Shown: piece after piece, positions 29,975 to 38,756 of the stretch | Numbering within the stretch: position 1 is the first letter of the stretch | Layout of the letters: each line of letters begins with the position of its first letter | Assembly: GCA_040390725.1 (NCBI GenBank) | Contig: JAZJXT010000001.1 | Location: 6,896-70,895 of the forward strand | Direction of reading: 5' to 3' | Origin: Patescibacteria group bacterium | Lineage (GTDB): Bacteria > Patescibacteriota > Minisyncoccia > Phycocordibacterales > UBA9973 | Length of the DNA: 64,000 bases | Notes under the pieces: generated by a model | What the model was told of the DNA's origin: nothing | What the model saw: the letters and a program-made list of their open reading frames with translations, nothing else | The model's database searches: none | Translations under genes and position numbers: made by a program

Positions 29975-31111
29975 ATGAAAAAACAAAATTCGGGTTCGAT
30001 AATAATTTTTGGAATAGTTTTTCTTTTAATCCTTACCGGTTTTTATTTTGGTTACAAAAAAGGACTTTTCTCTCCGACAAAAGAGCCCGCTATCAAAACT
30101 TTGATTCCTGCTCCGGTTGTTATTCCGGCATCAGACATAACTCCAGCACCAAAACCAACCGTAGTAGCTCCGAAAAAAACTTCTACCACTACAACAGTTA
30201 AAAAAACAACCGCCCCTGTCGTAAAAGTCACAACTCCTCCTGCGCCCACAGCACCACTTCCGCCTCCTTTACCAAAGATTGTTTCTGCTACTGCCACGAA
30301 TCCGGGGACTTCTACGATTATAATAACTTGGAAAACAAACGTGCCTACCGTAGGGCAAATTCTTTACGGCGAACAAAGCTCTTTGACTGGGACATATCCG
30401 TTATCGACTAATCAGGAAAATGTTTTATCTACGGATCACACGTATACATTTTCTGACCTTATCCCGGAAAAAAAATATTATTATAAAATTTATGTGACGG
30501 ATGCATCAGGGAATAAAACCAATTCTTCAGAAAATTCTTTTGTACCGGCATTGGCCACTATATCCGGGGTAAAAACTGACAATATTTCTGCTACCGGAGC
30601 GACTATTTCTTGGACAACAAATTTTAAGACAAAAGGGCAGGTAGTTTATAGTACAGAAAGTTCGTCTACCGGAGTTTATTCTTTTAGTACTCCTTTGACC
30701 AACACTTTTGAAACATCTCATAGTGTTGACCTTTCCAATCTTACTTATAATACAAAATATTACTATCGAGTTATTTTTGTTGATGCGGCTGGCATTAAAG
30801 TTTCTTCTCAGGAATATTCTTTTTCTTCTTCTATTATTTATAACGTTTCTTATAGCAAGAGCTACTCAGGGATTTCTGGAGTTATTATTTCTTGGAGTAC
30901 CAGTGTTCCGACTAAGACAGAAATAAGATATGGCACCCAAAGATCAACTGCCGGCATTTATCCTTTTAGCGCTACCGACAGTAGTCTTTTGATGTATCAC
31001 AATATGACACTTTATAATTTGGATATAAATGCAACTTATTATTATAGGATTATTACCACTGACGCCAATAATAAAAAAACCACTTCTGTGGAGTATAGTT
31101 TCAATGCATAG
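29975..31111 (+). CDS. membrane-anchored protein with Pro/Thr stalk and three FN3-like domains
   Basis: KQNSG|SIIIF TM, PAPKPT linker, 3x (ITW.T..T.GQ..YG...H...L..L....YYY). Confidence 0.82.
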   Translation: MKKQNSGSIIIFGIVFLLILTGFYFGYKKGLFSPTKEPAIKTLIPAPVVIPASDITPAPKPTVVAPKKTSTTTTVKKTTAPVVKVTTPPAPTAPLPPPLPKIVSATATNPGTSTIIITWKTNVPTVGQILYGEQSSLTGTYPLSTNQENVLSTDHTYTFSDLIPEKKYYYKIYVTDASGNKTNSSENSFVPALATISGVKTDNISATGATISWTTNFKTKGQVVYSTESSSTGVYSFSTPLTNTFETSHSVDLSNLTYNTKYYYRVIFVDAAGIKVSSQEYSFSSSIIYNVSYSKSYSGISGVIISWSTSVPTKTEIRYGTQRSTAGIYPFSATDSSLLMYHNMTLYNLDINATYYYRIITTDANNKKTTSVEYSFNA

Positions 31112-31200
31112 TGGCATGAGGATGAGTGCTTGCTTATTTTTTAGCATAGATTATAATTGGGGTATTACAATTTTTAGAAAATTTTTAATCAAATAAATAT

Positions 31201-31710
31201 ATGCGAAATTTTGGGAATAAGAACAAAAAATTATCAAAGGGTTTTACATTACTTGAACTCCTCTTGGTTATAGCCGGTATTGGTATCTTGGCGACTATCG
31301 TTTTCGTGGTTTTGGACCCGGCAACAACTATTACTAAAACTAACAATGCAAAAAGGTTGAGTGATGTTCAGGGTATTTTATCCGCGATGGAATTGTATTC
31401 TTTTGATCATGATGGCAACAGAGCTGGAACAAGCTGGGATACTGTTACTTATGACTATGAGCCTATTTGTTATGGTACGACAAACGACATGCCTATTACT
31501 TGCACATCCGGTTCTATAGATTTAACCGCTCATCTTTTGACTGATGCAAAATATTTGTCAGCAGTTCCGTTTGATCCTTCATTAATATCAACTCCGCCTT
31601 CAGTTGGAGGTGATAGCGGATATGAAGCCAAAGTACTTGCTACCGGAGTCGTGACTATTCGCTCTGAGACCAATACTGCAGCATCAGTGACTGCTAAATT
31701 TAATCCGTAA
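31201..31710 (+). CDS. type IV pilin (candidate major pilin)
   Basis: SKG|FTLLELLLVI, NAKRLSDV, YLSAVPFDP. Confidence 0.9.
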   Translation: MRNFGNKNKKLSKGFTLLELLLVIAGIGILATIVFVVLDPATTITKTNNAKRLSDVQGILSAMELYSFDHDGNRAGTSWDTVTYDYEPICYGTTNDMPITCTSGSIDLTAHLLTDAKYLSAVPFDPSLISTPPSVGGDSGYEAKVLATGVVTIRSETNTAASVTAKFNP

Positions 31711-33147
31711 ATGGAGCCGAATAAAAAATTAAAAAAAATAAATCCTATTTTAACTGCAACTGTTGTTTTGGTTTTATCTCTTTTTGTGACTGTGGCGATG
31801 TTTTTGTATGAAAAGAATATTTTTGAATCAGCCAATTCTGCAGATGTTACCAAGGTTTTAGTTTCAAGTTTCCCTGAGTATATTGCGCTATTTGGTTTTG
31901 CCGGGTCTCTTGCTTTGTTTGGAATAATTTTATCATTACTTACAGCACGCAGTCGCGCGGTGGACTTGGCAGACATCATGACGGCTTCTTTGAAAAAACG
32001 CACGGAAGAACTCGAATACGCGAAAGATAAAATTGAAAATGAAAAAAGAAAATTGAGCACGATTCTTTCTTCGATGGGGGAATGCTTAATAGCTGTGTCT
32101 GACGCAGGTGAAATAGTTTTGATGAATCAAATGGCTCAGGCTACCCTGGGCAGGGCAGAGGCAGATTCTACCGGAGAAAAAATCGAAGATGTTTTGACTC
32201 TTGTGAAAGATGGAAAATTAATACCGCAAAGGAGTCATCCCGTTTATAAAGCTATCAAGGGCAAAGATATTGCGCGTGTTTCTTTGAATGACAATGTTTC
32301 TATTAAAGATAAATCCGGGCGAGTTTTTCCCGTTGTTCTTTCTGCTGTTTCTACTTTGGGTAAAGTTGATGATGGGGAAGTTTCAGTTATTATAGTTTTC
32401 CGTGATGTATCTACGGAGAAAGCCGTGGACGAAGCAAAAACAGAATTCGTTTCTCTCGCTGCGCATCAGTTACGTATGCCACTTACTTCTATTCGATGGT
32501 ATTCCGAAATGCTTATTTCCGGTGATGCGGGAGTTCTTAATCCTGATCAAAAATCATATCTTGATGAAATTTATCAGAATAATAAACGCATGGTGAACCT
32601 AGTCAATCAGCTTCTTTCTGTTTCTCGTATTCGCCTCGGTACTTTTAAAATAGAACCTGTGCCGACCGATATGAATGAAATAGTGGAAAGTGTTTTAGGA
32701 GAATTAAAACCTGATATCACTAAAAAAAATATGCAGGTGGTAAAAAATTATACAAAAGATTTGGAAAAAATGAATGCTGATCCGGGGCTCTTGCGAGTGG
32801 TTTTGCAAAACCTTATTTCAAATGCGATAAAGTATACTCCGGAAAAGGGAACTATAACCATAGCTATCGAAGAAGGCAAAGAATTTTCAATAAAAGTTTC
32901 TGATACGGGCTACGGTATTCCGGAAGCTGACTCAGGAAAAATATTTTCCCAACTTTTCCGCGCGGAAAATATAAAAGGCAAAGATGTCGAAGGCACAGGC
33001 TTAGGACTTTATATGGTAAAAACAATCGTCGAACAAGTCGGCGGAGCCATTAGTTTCCATTCCGAAGAAAACAAAGGCACCACTTTCCGTGTAACTTTCC
33101 CAAAAATTGGAATGAAAGCCAAAAAAGGGGCTACGACGCTAGGATAG
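31711..33147 (+). CDS. PAS sensor histidine kinase with two TM helices
   Basis: H-box AAHQLRMPL, NLISNAIKY, DTGYGI, GTGLGL. Confidence 0.93.
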   Translation: MEPNKKLKKINPILTATVVLVLSLFVTVAMFLYEKNIFESANSADVTKVLVSSFPEYIALFGFAGSLALFGIILSLLTARSRAVDLADIMTASLKKRTEELEYAKDKIENEKRKLSTILSSMGECLIAVSDAGEIVLMNQMAQATLGRAEADSTGEKIEDVLTLVKDGKLIPQRSHPVYKAIKGKDIARVSLNDNVSIKDKSGRVFPVVLSAVSTLGKVDDGEVSVIIVFRDVSTEKAVDEAKTEFVSLAAHQLRMPLTSIRWYSEMLISGDAGVLNPDQKSYLDEIYQNNKRMVNLVNQLLSVSRIRLGTFKIEPVPTDMNEIVESVLGELKPDITKKNMQVVKNYTKDLEKMNADPGLLRVVLQNLISNAIKYTPEKGTITIAIEEGKEFSIKVSDTGYGIPEADSGKIFSQLFRAENIKGKDVEGTGLGLYMVKTIVEQVGGAISFHSEENKGTTFRVTFPKIGMKAKKGATTLG

Positions 33148-33191
33148 TATTTTGAGTTTGCATTTTACTTAAAAATTGGTACAATATAAAT

Positions 33192-33425
33192 ATGAAATTG
33201 CCAATGCAAAAATTTACTGCTGTATATAAAAAATCAGGCAAGTGGTACTCCGCTTGGATTGAAGAAATTCCCGGTGTAAATAGTCAGGGCAAAACACTAT
33301 CCGAAGCTAAGCAAAATCTAAAAGAAGCATTGATGCTTATTCTTGAAACTAATCGTTTCTTATCTAGAAAATCCGAAGGACGCTCTTCTTTTATTCGAAG
33401 AGAAAGTCTATCGGTTTTCGCTTAA
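33192..33425 (+). CDS. hicB: HicB-family antitoxin
   Basis: EEIPGVNSQGKTLSEAKQNLKEAL. Confidence 0.85.
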   Translation: MKLPMQKFTAVYKKSGKWYSAWIEEIPGVNSQGKTLSEAKQNLKEALMLILETNRFLSRKSEGRSSFIRRESLSVFA

Positions 33426-33431
33426 TTATTT

Positions 33432-33626
33432 ATGAAGCAAATTGACCTTATTAAACATATCAGAAAATATGGTTGTATGTTTGTGCGGGAAGGCGGTTCA
33501 CATAGTGTTTGGTATAATAGCCTGACAGGCAGGACTTCTACAATACCGAGACATAGTGAAATAAATAATCACACAGGTAAAAAGATTTGCGAAGACTTAG
33601 GAGTGCCGATAATTAAAAAGCGGTAA
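33432..33626 (+). CDS. hicA: HicA-family mRNA interferase toxin
   Basis: REGGSHSVW, TIPRHSEI. Confidence 0.9.
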   Translation: MKQIDLIKHIRKYGCMFVREGGSHSVWYNSLTGRTSTIPRHSEINNHTGKKICEDLGVPIIKKR

Positions 33627-33688
33627 TAACTTTTTTTGAGTTTTGCTTAAAAATTGAATATATGTTCAAAAAACTAGACATTTTTATG

Positions 33689-33734
33689 TGTGGATAACTG
33701 CACTTGCTAAAAGGCTACGGGGGGGGGGTATTAT
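33689..33734 (+). promoter_or_regulatory. DnaA-box plus G10-spacer promoter, copy 2
   Basis: TGTGGATAA 33689-33697, TTGCTA 33704-33709, G10 33719-33728, TATTAT 33729-33734. Confidence 0.6.
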
Positions 33735-33773
33735 ATATATGTCGTTTACCAGTAGCTTAATTTTAATTAATAT

Positions 33774-34478
33774 ATGAAAGAAGGATTACCAAAGGCAGTA
33801 GAAAATAGTGGGGTAGAATCAAAAGGAATAAAAGGTTTTTTGGGGGATATAAAAGAATTAGGTAGAAAAGGATTGCTTGCCATTGGAACAGTGGTCGCAT
33901 TTACGGCACTTTTTTCTTCAGATGCATCTGCTCAGACAATTGAAAAAGAAGTTAGGCAATATCTTCCAGAGAATCCAGTTCTATTAAAGGCATCTGAGGT
34001 GCAGGCTATTAGAACCGTAGCTAGCGGGGATGCATTTTTAGATCATTTAAAAAAAAGTGGAGCAAAATTTACTACAGAAAAGACGAAATCAGGTGTTTCA
34101 GCAATGAAGTCAGGAGATGTTTCTTATATTTCGCTTTCCGAAGATCACGCAATCTTGGAATTACATAAAGATACCAGTGAAAATTCTGATAACTTTATGC
34201 TAGCTAAATTAGGGGAACATCATCACGTTGTTAGTGGGAAACATGGAGATACCACTGAAATTTTTAATGCAACATTTGATCCACATGCAGACGGTGACGG
34301 GGTTTTAACATTTACTCATTTAGTTAAGATTGGAGACAAGCTCGTGAGTGATGTACAAATAACTAATCCACTTAATGTTGAACTAGTAGAATATACTTCA
34401 CTTTTATCTAAAATTGAGGCTGATATTGCAGAAAGAGAAGCGAAACTTTCTAAGTCTCAATCCGGCGTAAAAAAATAA
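33774..34478 (+). CDS. secreted hypothetical protein with long N-region signal peptide
   Basis: hydrophobic stretch ending DASA|Q at about aa 53. Confidence 0.7.
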   Translation: MKEGLPKAVENSGVESKGIKGFLGDIKELGRKGLLAIGTVVAFTALFSSDASAQTIEKEVRQYLPENPVLLKASEVQAIRTVASGDAFLDHLKKSGAKFTTEKTKSGVSAMKSGDVSYISLSEDHAILELHKDTSENSDNFMLAKLGEHHHVVSGKHGDTTEIFNATFDPHADGDGVLTFTHLVKIGDKLVSDVQITNPLNVELVEYTSLLSKIEADIAEREAKLSKSQSGVKK

Positions 34479-34550
34479 AAACTAAAATCTTATTGTTGCG
34501 AACTATAACACTTATTGTCTTTTCTAGTTCGTATTTGTTATAATAAACTG

Positions 34551-35102
34551 ATGGAATTTAGTAAGAGAAATATAATACTTTGGGTTGTGGTAGTCATAGT
34601 TTTGATTGTCAGTGTTTATTCTTTTTTGCATTTTAACAATTCAAATGAAATTGGAATACCGGCAAGTAAAAAAGTGAACCCTGTAGCTAAGCCTGTTCTG
34701 ACGGGAGCATTGCCGTTAGACACTAGCACTTTGTCTGCCGCTGATAAAAAAGCATATGATGAACTTGCAAAATGGGTGGATATAAAAATTACCAATCAGC
34801 CTACTGTTTCTAAAAATCCTCAAACTGTAAAACTTCCAGCGGATTGGACTGCTCGAGAAGATTATTTGCTGACCGTGGTTCCGTCAAAAATGCCCGCGAA
34901 TATTCGCAATTTTCGTTCGGTTATTATGCGTCCTTCCAGATTTAAAATTTTATCTCGCGAAGATGCCATATACAGCGTCCCTGATGCCACGGATCCATAT
35001 TTCAAAGACCACTGCCATGCCGGCACAGTTATTGTTTGTTATGGAGGGAAGAATCCCGAGGTCAAGCATGTTTTTGATTTGATGTTTTATTTTAATAAGT
35101 AA
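34551..35102 (+). CDS. membrane-anchored hypothetical protein
   Basis: N-terminal TM; ATG 34551 lies 6 nt after TATAAT. Confidence 0.7.
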   Translation: MEFSKRNIILWVVVVIVLIVSVYSFLHFNNSNEIGIPASKKVNPVAKPVLTGALPLDTSTLSAADKKAYDELAKWVDIKITNQPTVSKNPQTVKLPADWTAREDYLLTVVPSKMPANIRNFRSVIMRPSRFKILSREDAIYSVPDATDPYFKDHCHAGTVIVCYGGKNPEVKHVFDLMFYFNK

Positions 35103-35136
35103 TTAGGATTTGTGATACAATAAATTATAAGAAATT

Positions 35137-35511
35137 ATGGAAGAAAAAAAGAAAAAAATTTTAGTATGTGATGATGAACAAGCTATTAATCATGCTCTCC
35201 GATTAAAATTAGGCCATGAAGGCTTTGATGTTTCTTCGGCGCTTGACGGTGATGAATGCGTCGCAGCGTTAAATAAAGATAATTATGATCTTCTTTTGTT
35301 GGATTTAATTTTACCAAAGAAAGATGGTTTTGAAGTTTTAGCAGAAATGAAAAATATGGCATACAAAGTTCCCGTGGTTATCGTTTCGAATTTGGGACAA
35401 GAAGAAGATATTGCGCGAGTCAAACATCTCGGTGTGAGTGATTATTTAATAAAATCCAATACTTCTATTTCCGATATGGTTGCAAAAGTAAAAGAAGTTT
35501 TAAGTAAATAA
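35137..35511 (+). CDS. single-domain response regulator
   Basis: ILVCDDE, LLDLILPKKDG, VSN, YLIK. Confidence 0.93.
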   Translation: MEEKKKKILVCDDEQAINHALRLKLGHEGFDVSSALDGDECVAALNKDNYDLLLLDLILPKKDGFEVLAEMKNMAYKVPVVIVSNLGQEEDIARVKHLGVSDYLIKSNTSISDMVAKVKEVLSK

Positions 35512-35541
35512 AAGTAATAATAAAAAATAGTAAAAATAATT

Positions 35542-37188
35542 ATGACAAATGAAGAAATAAAAAAAATACTCATAGATGGAAATTACGCAACTCCGGAAGA
35601 TATAACAAAAGTCGAAGATGAGATGAATCGCGCTGATTCTTTGTCTGATGCATTGATAAGGGAAGGCATAGTCACTAGCACTATCTTGGGGCAAGCCATC
35701 GCCGAGTTTTATGGAGTTCCTTTTGCAGATTTGAATTCACATCCTCCATTTCGTGAAAGTGTTTTGAAAATACCTGAAGATACGGCTCGAAAATATCGGC
35801 TTATTGCAGTGAGTGAAGACCAAGACGGGGTGACGATAGCCACTGACAATCCAAAACAAGAAGATTTAATAAAAATTCTACCTACTCTCTTTAAAGATGT
35901 AAAAATTTATTTGGTTTATTCTACATCAGAACAAATCGATGAACAATTTTCTGCTTACCAAAAATCCCTCGAGACAAGATTTTCAAAAATCATAAAAGAA
36001 AACAGTCGTGTTGCTCCGGAAATTATCGACCAAATTATCGGTGATGCTCTCGGCCTTCATTCTTCCGATGTGCACTTTGAACCGATAGGGGAAGATGTGG
36101 TGATTCGTTTTCGTATAGACGGGGTGATGCATGAAGCTGGAAAATTCAAAAAACTTTTTTATGAAAATATTTTAAACCGTGTGAAAGTTCAGGCAAAGCT
36201 GCGTATTGACGAGCATTATGCCGCGCAAGACGGATCTATTCGTTATCAAAAAGACGGACATTTTATTGACTTGCGTGTATCTATCGTGCCGACAGTCGAT
36301 GGAGAAAAAATAGTTATTAGAATTTTGGGTGAATATGTGCGTGGTTTTACTTTGGGAGATTTAGGTCTTTCAAAAGAAGATGAAACAATTATCCGTGAAG
36401 CTGCAGACAAGCCATTCGGCATGATACTTGTCGCAGGTCCGACAGGTTCCGGAAAAACTACGACACTTTATGCACTCATTCGTTTATTAAATAGTCCAAA
36501 AGTGAATATTACTACTATTGAGGATCCTGTGGAATATCATTTGGCAGGTATAAATCAAATTCAGGTGAATCCCGCTACTGATCTTACTTTTGCAAAAGGT
36601 TTGCGTTCGATTGTGCGTCAGGATCCGGATGTAGTATTGGTAGGTGAAATACGCGACAGGGAAACAGCTGAGATAGCCGTGAATGCGGCATTGACCGGGC
36701 ACCTTTTGCTCTCTACTTTTCACGCCAATGATTCCGCGACGGTTATCCCTAGACTTTTAAATATGGGCATCGAGCCATTTCTGCTTTCTTCTACATTCGA
36801 ACTTATTATTTCTCAGCGCTTGGTGCGAAAGATTTGCATGCAATGCAGATACGGCGTGGAGTATACCGACACCAAGCTTGTTGAAAAATTTAAACAAGCA
36901 AAAACATTTTTCTCGGAAAAGAAAATAACTTTATATGAAGGCAAGGGTTGTGATGCTTGCAATCATACGGGCTTTACCGGACGCAGTGCTATTTTTGAAT
37001 TTATTAAAATTTCTCCGGGTATAGAGGATTTGATTATAAAGAATCCTTCCTCGGGGCAGATCTGGGAATTGGCGCGCAAGGAAGGCGCTATATCAATGTT
37101 TGAAGACGGTATTAGAAAAGTAAAAAATGGCATCACTACTATAGATGAACTCTTGCGTGTCGCCGAGCCTCCGCGAGATATTATTTAA
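35542..37188 (+). CDS. pilB: type IV pilus assembly ATPase (PilB/GspE)
   Basis: GPTGSGKTTTLY, TIEDPVEY, RQDPDVVLVGEIRD, CxxC..CxxC. Confidence 0.95.
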   Translation: MTNEEIKKILIDGNYATPEDITKVEDEMNRADSLSDALIREGIVTSTILGQAIAEFYGVPFADLNSHPPFRESVLKIPEDTARKYRLIAVSEDQDGVTIATDNPKQEDLIKILPTLFKDVKIYLVYSTSEQIDEQFSAYQKSLETRFSKIIKENSRVAPEIIDQIIGDALGLHSSDVHFEPIGEDVVIRFRIDGVMHEAGKFKKLFYENILNRVKVQAKLRIDEHYAAQDGSIRYQKDGHFIDLRVSIVPTVDGEKIVIRILGEYVRGFTLGDLGLSKEDETIIREAADKPFGMILVAGPTGSGKTTTLYALIRLLNSPKVNITTIEDPVEYHLAGINQIQVNPATDLTFAKGLRSIVRQDPDVVLVGEIRDRETAEIAVNAALTGHLLLSTFHANDSATVIPRLLNMGIEPFLLSSTFELIISQRLVRKICMQCRYGVEYTDTKLVEKFKQAKTFFSEKKITLYEGKGCDACNHTGFTGRSAIFEFIKISPGIEDLIIKNPSSGQIWELARKEGAISMFEDGIRKVKNGITTIDELLRVAEPPRDII

Positions 37189-37194
37189 TAAATT

Positions 37195-38292
37195 ATGGAA
37201 CCTAAAAAGAAAAAAATATCAAAAAGTTCTTTTGGAATATATTTGGGACTGGCCAAAGAAAAAGAATATTTAATGGAAAATTTGAGTTTTCTTATTTCTT
37301 CCGGAATGCCGATAGGGGAAGCGCTTCGCTCTATTCAGGTCGAACTCAAAAGCAATTTTATGAAAAAAATTGTCGAGCAAGCAGTGGAAGACGTCGAAAA
37401 TGGCGTACCACTTTATCGGGCGCTCGACGATACCGGGCTTTTCGGAATGCATGAAATTTCCTTGATAAAAAATGGAGAAGAGTCCGGACTCCTGGTGGGG
37501 AATTTAAAAGTAATCTCTGAGCAGGCTGCCAAGAATCGTATTTTCAGATCTCGTTTGTCTTCGGCTTTGATGTATCCGACGCTTATATTGTCTGTCACCT
37601 TTTTGGTGGGTACAGGGGTGGCTTGGTTTATTTTACCCAGATTAGCGACGATGTTTTCTCAGCTTCATATAAAGCTCCCGCTTATCACTCAGATTTTTAT
37701 TTCTGTCGGTATTTTTTTGAGTAAATACGGTTCTATATTTTTCCCTTTTTTAATTGCTTTTGTTGTTTTGGCCATTTACTTGCTTTTTTATTTTCCAAAG
37801 ACACGTATAGCCGGGCAGTATCTTTTATTTTCGATTCCGGGCATCAGCAGATTGATTCAAGAATTGGAAATTTCCAGAATGGGATATCTTTTAGGATCAC
37901 TTAATAATGCCGGATTGCCTTTACTGCAAGCTATCGGCTCGCTTCGCGAATCTACACTTTCTCCTTTTTATGCGAAGTTTTATGATTTCTTATATATAAA
38001 AATAGAAGAAGGTTTTTCTTTTGAGGAAAGTTTTAAAGCATACAAAAATATTCGCAAGATATTGCCTTTATCCATTCAGCAAATAATAACTATCGGAGAA
38101 CAATCAGGCAATCTTTCGACTGCTCTTTTGAAAATAGGCCAAGCTTATGAAGAAAAAACAGAAGTCACCAGTAAAAATATTTCTATTGCCCTCGAGCCTA
38201 TTTTGCTTGTGATAGTTTGGGGGGGAGTGATGTTGGTGGCTATCGCTGTTATTTTGCCTATTTATAGTTTGGTTGGCGGAATAGGAAAGTAA
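37195..38292 (+). CDS. pilC: type IV pilus platform protein (PilC/GspF)
   Basis: GEESG, ALMYP, GEQSGNL, LEPILL. Confidence 0.93.
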   Translation: MEPKKKKISKSSFGIYLGLAKEKEYLMENLSFLISSGMPIGEALRSIQVELKSNFMKKIVEQAVEDVENGVPLYRALDDTGLFGMHEISLIKNGEESGLLVGNLKVISEQAAKNRIFRSRLSSALMYPTLILSVTFLVGTGVAWFILPRLATMFSQLHIKLPLITQIFISVGIFLSKYGSIFFPFLIAFVVLAIYLLFYFPKTRIAGQYLLFSIPGISRLIQELEISRMGYLLGSLNNAGLPLLQAIGSLRESTLSPFYAKFYDFLYIKIEEGFSFEESFKAYKNIRKILPLSIQQIITIGEQSGNLSTALLKIGQAYEEKTEVTSKNISIALEPILLVIVWGGVMLVAIAVILPIYSLVGGIGK

Positions 38293-38293
38293 A

Positions 38294-38755
38294 ATGAAAT
38301 TAAAAAATAATAAATTTTTTAATAGGGGCTTCACTTTATTTGAGCTTTTGCTCGTGGTGGCGGCATTCGCTACTATCGCGCTCATCGTCGGTCCTTTTTC
38401 CAGCTCGTCGGTAATACGCAGTAATTTAGATGTAGCATCTCGCAATGTGGAATCTTCTTTGCATCGGGCGTATACTTATGCCAGATCAGGAGAAAATAAT
38501 TCTGATTGGGGAGTGCATATTACCAGCACTGATGTGATTGTATTTTCCGGCTCAACTTATTCTGGACGAGATGCTGACCTTGATGAAGATGCAAAGATTG
38601 CTTCTTCGGTTACCTTGGGTGGATTAAGCGATGTTATCTTTATGCAAAAAACCGGCACTCCGACCAATGACAGTATCGGCGAGATTACTTTGGAGTCAGA
38701 TCAAGTTACAAAACATATTAATATAAATGGAGCGGGTGCGGTGACTGTAAATTAA
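38294..38755 (+). CDS. minor pilin (FimT/GspH-like)
   Basis: NRG|FTLFELL, WGVH, VIF...TG. Confidence 0.85.
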   Translation: MKLKNNKFFNRGFTLFELLLVVAAFATIALIVGPFSSSSVIRSNLDVASRNVESSLHRAYTYARSGENNSDWGVHITSTDVIVFSGSTYSGRDADLDEDAKIASSVTLGGLSDVIFMQKTGTPTNDSIGEITLESDQVTKHININGAGAVTVN

Positions 38756-38756
38756 A

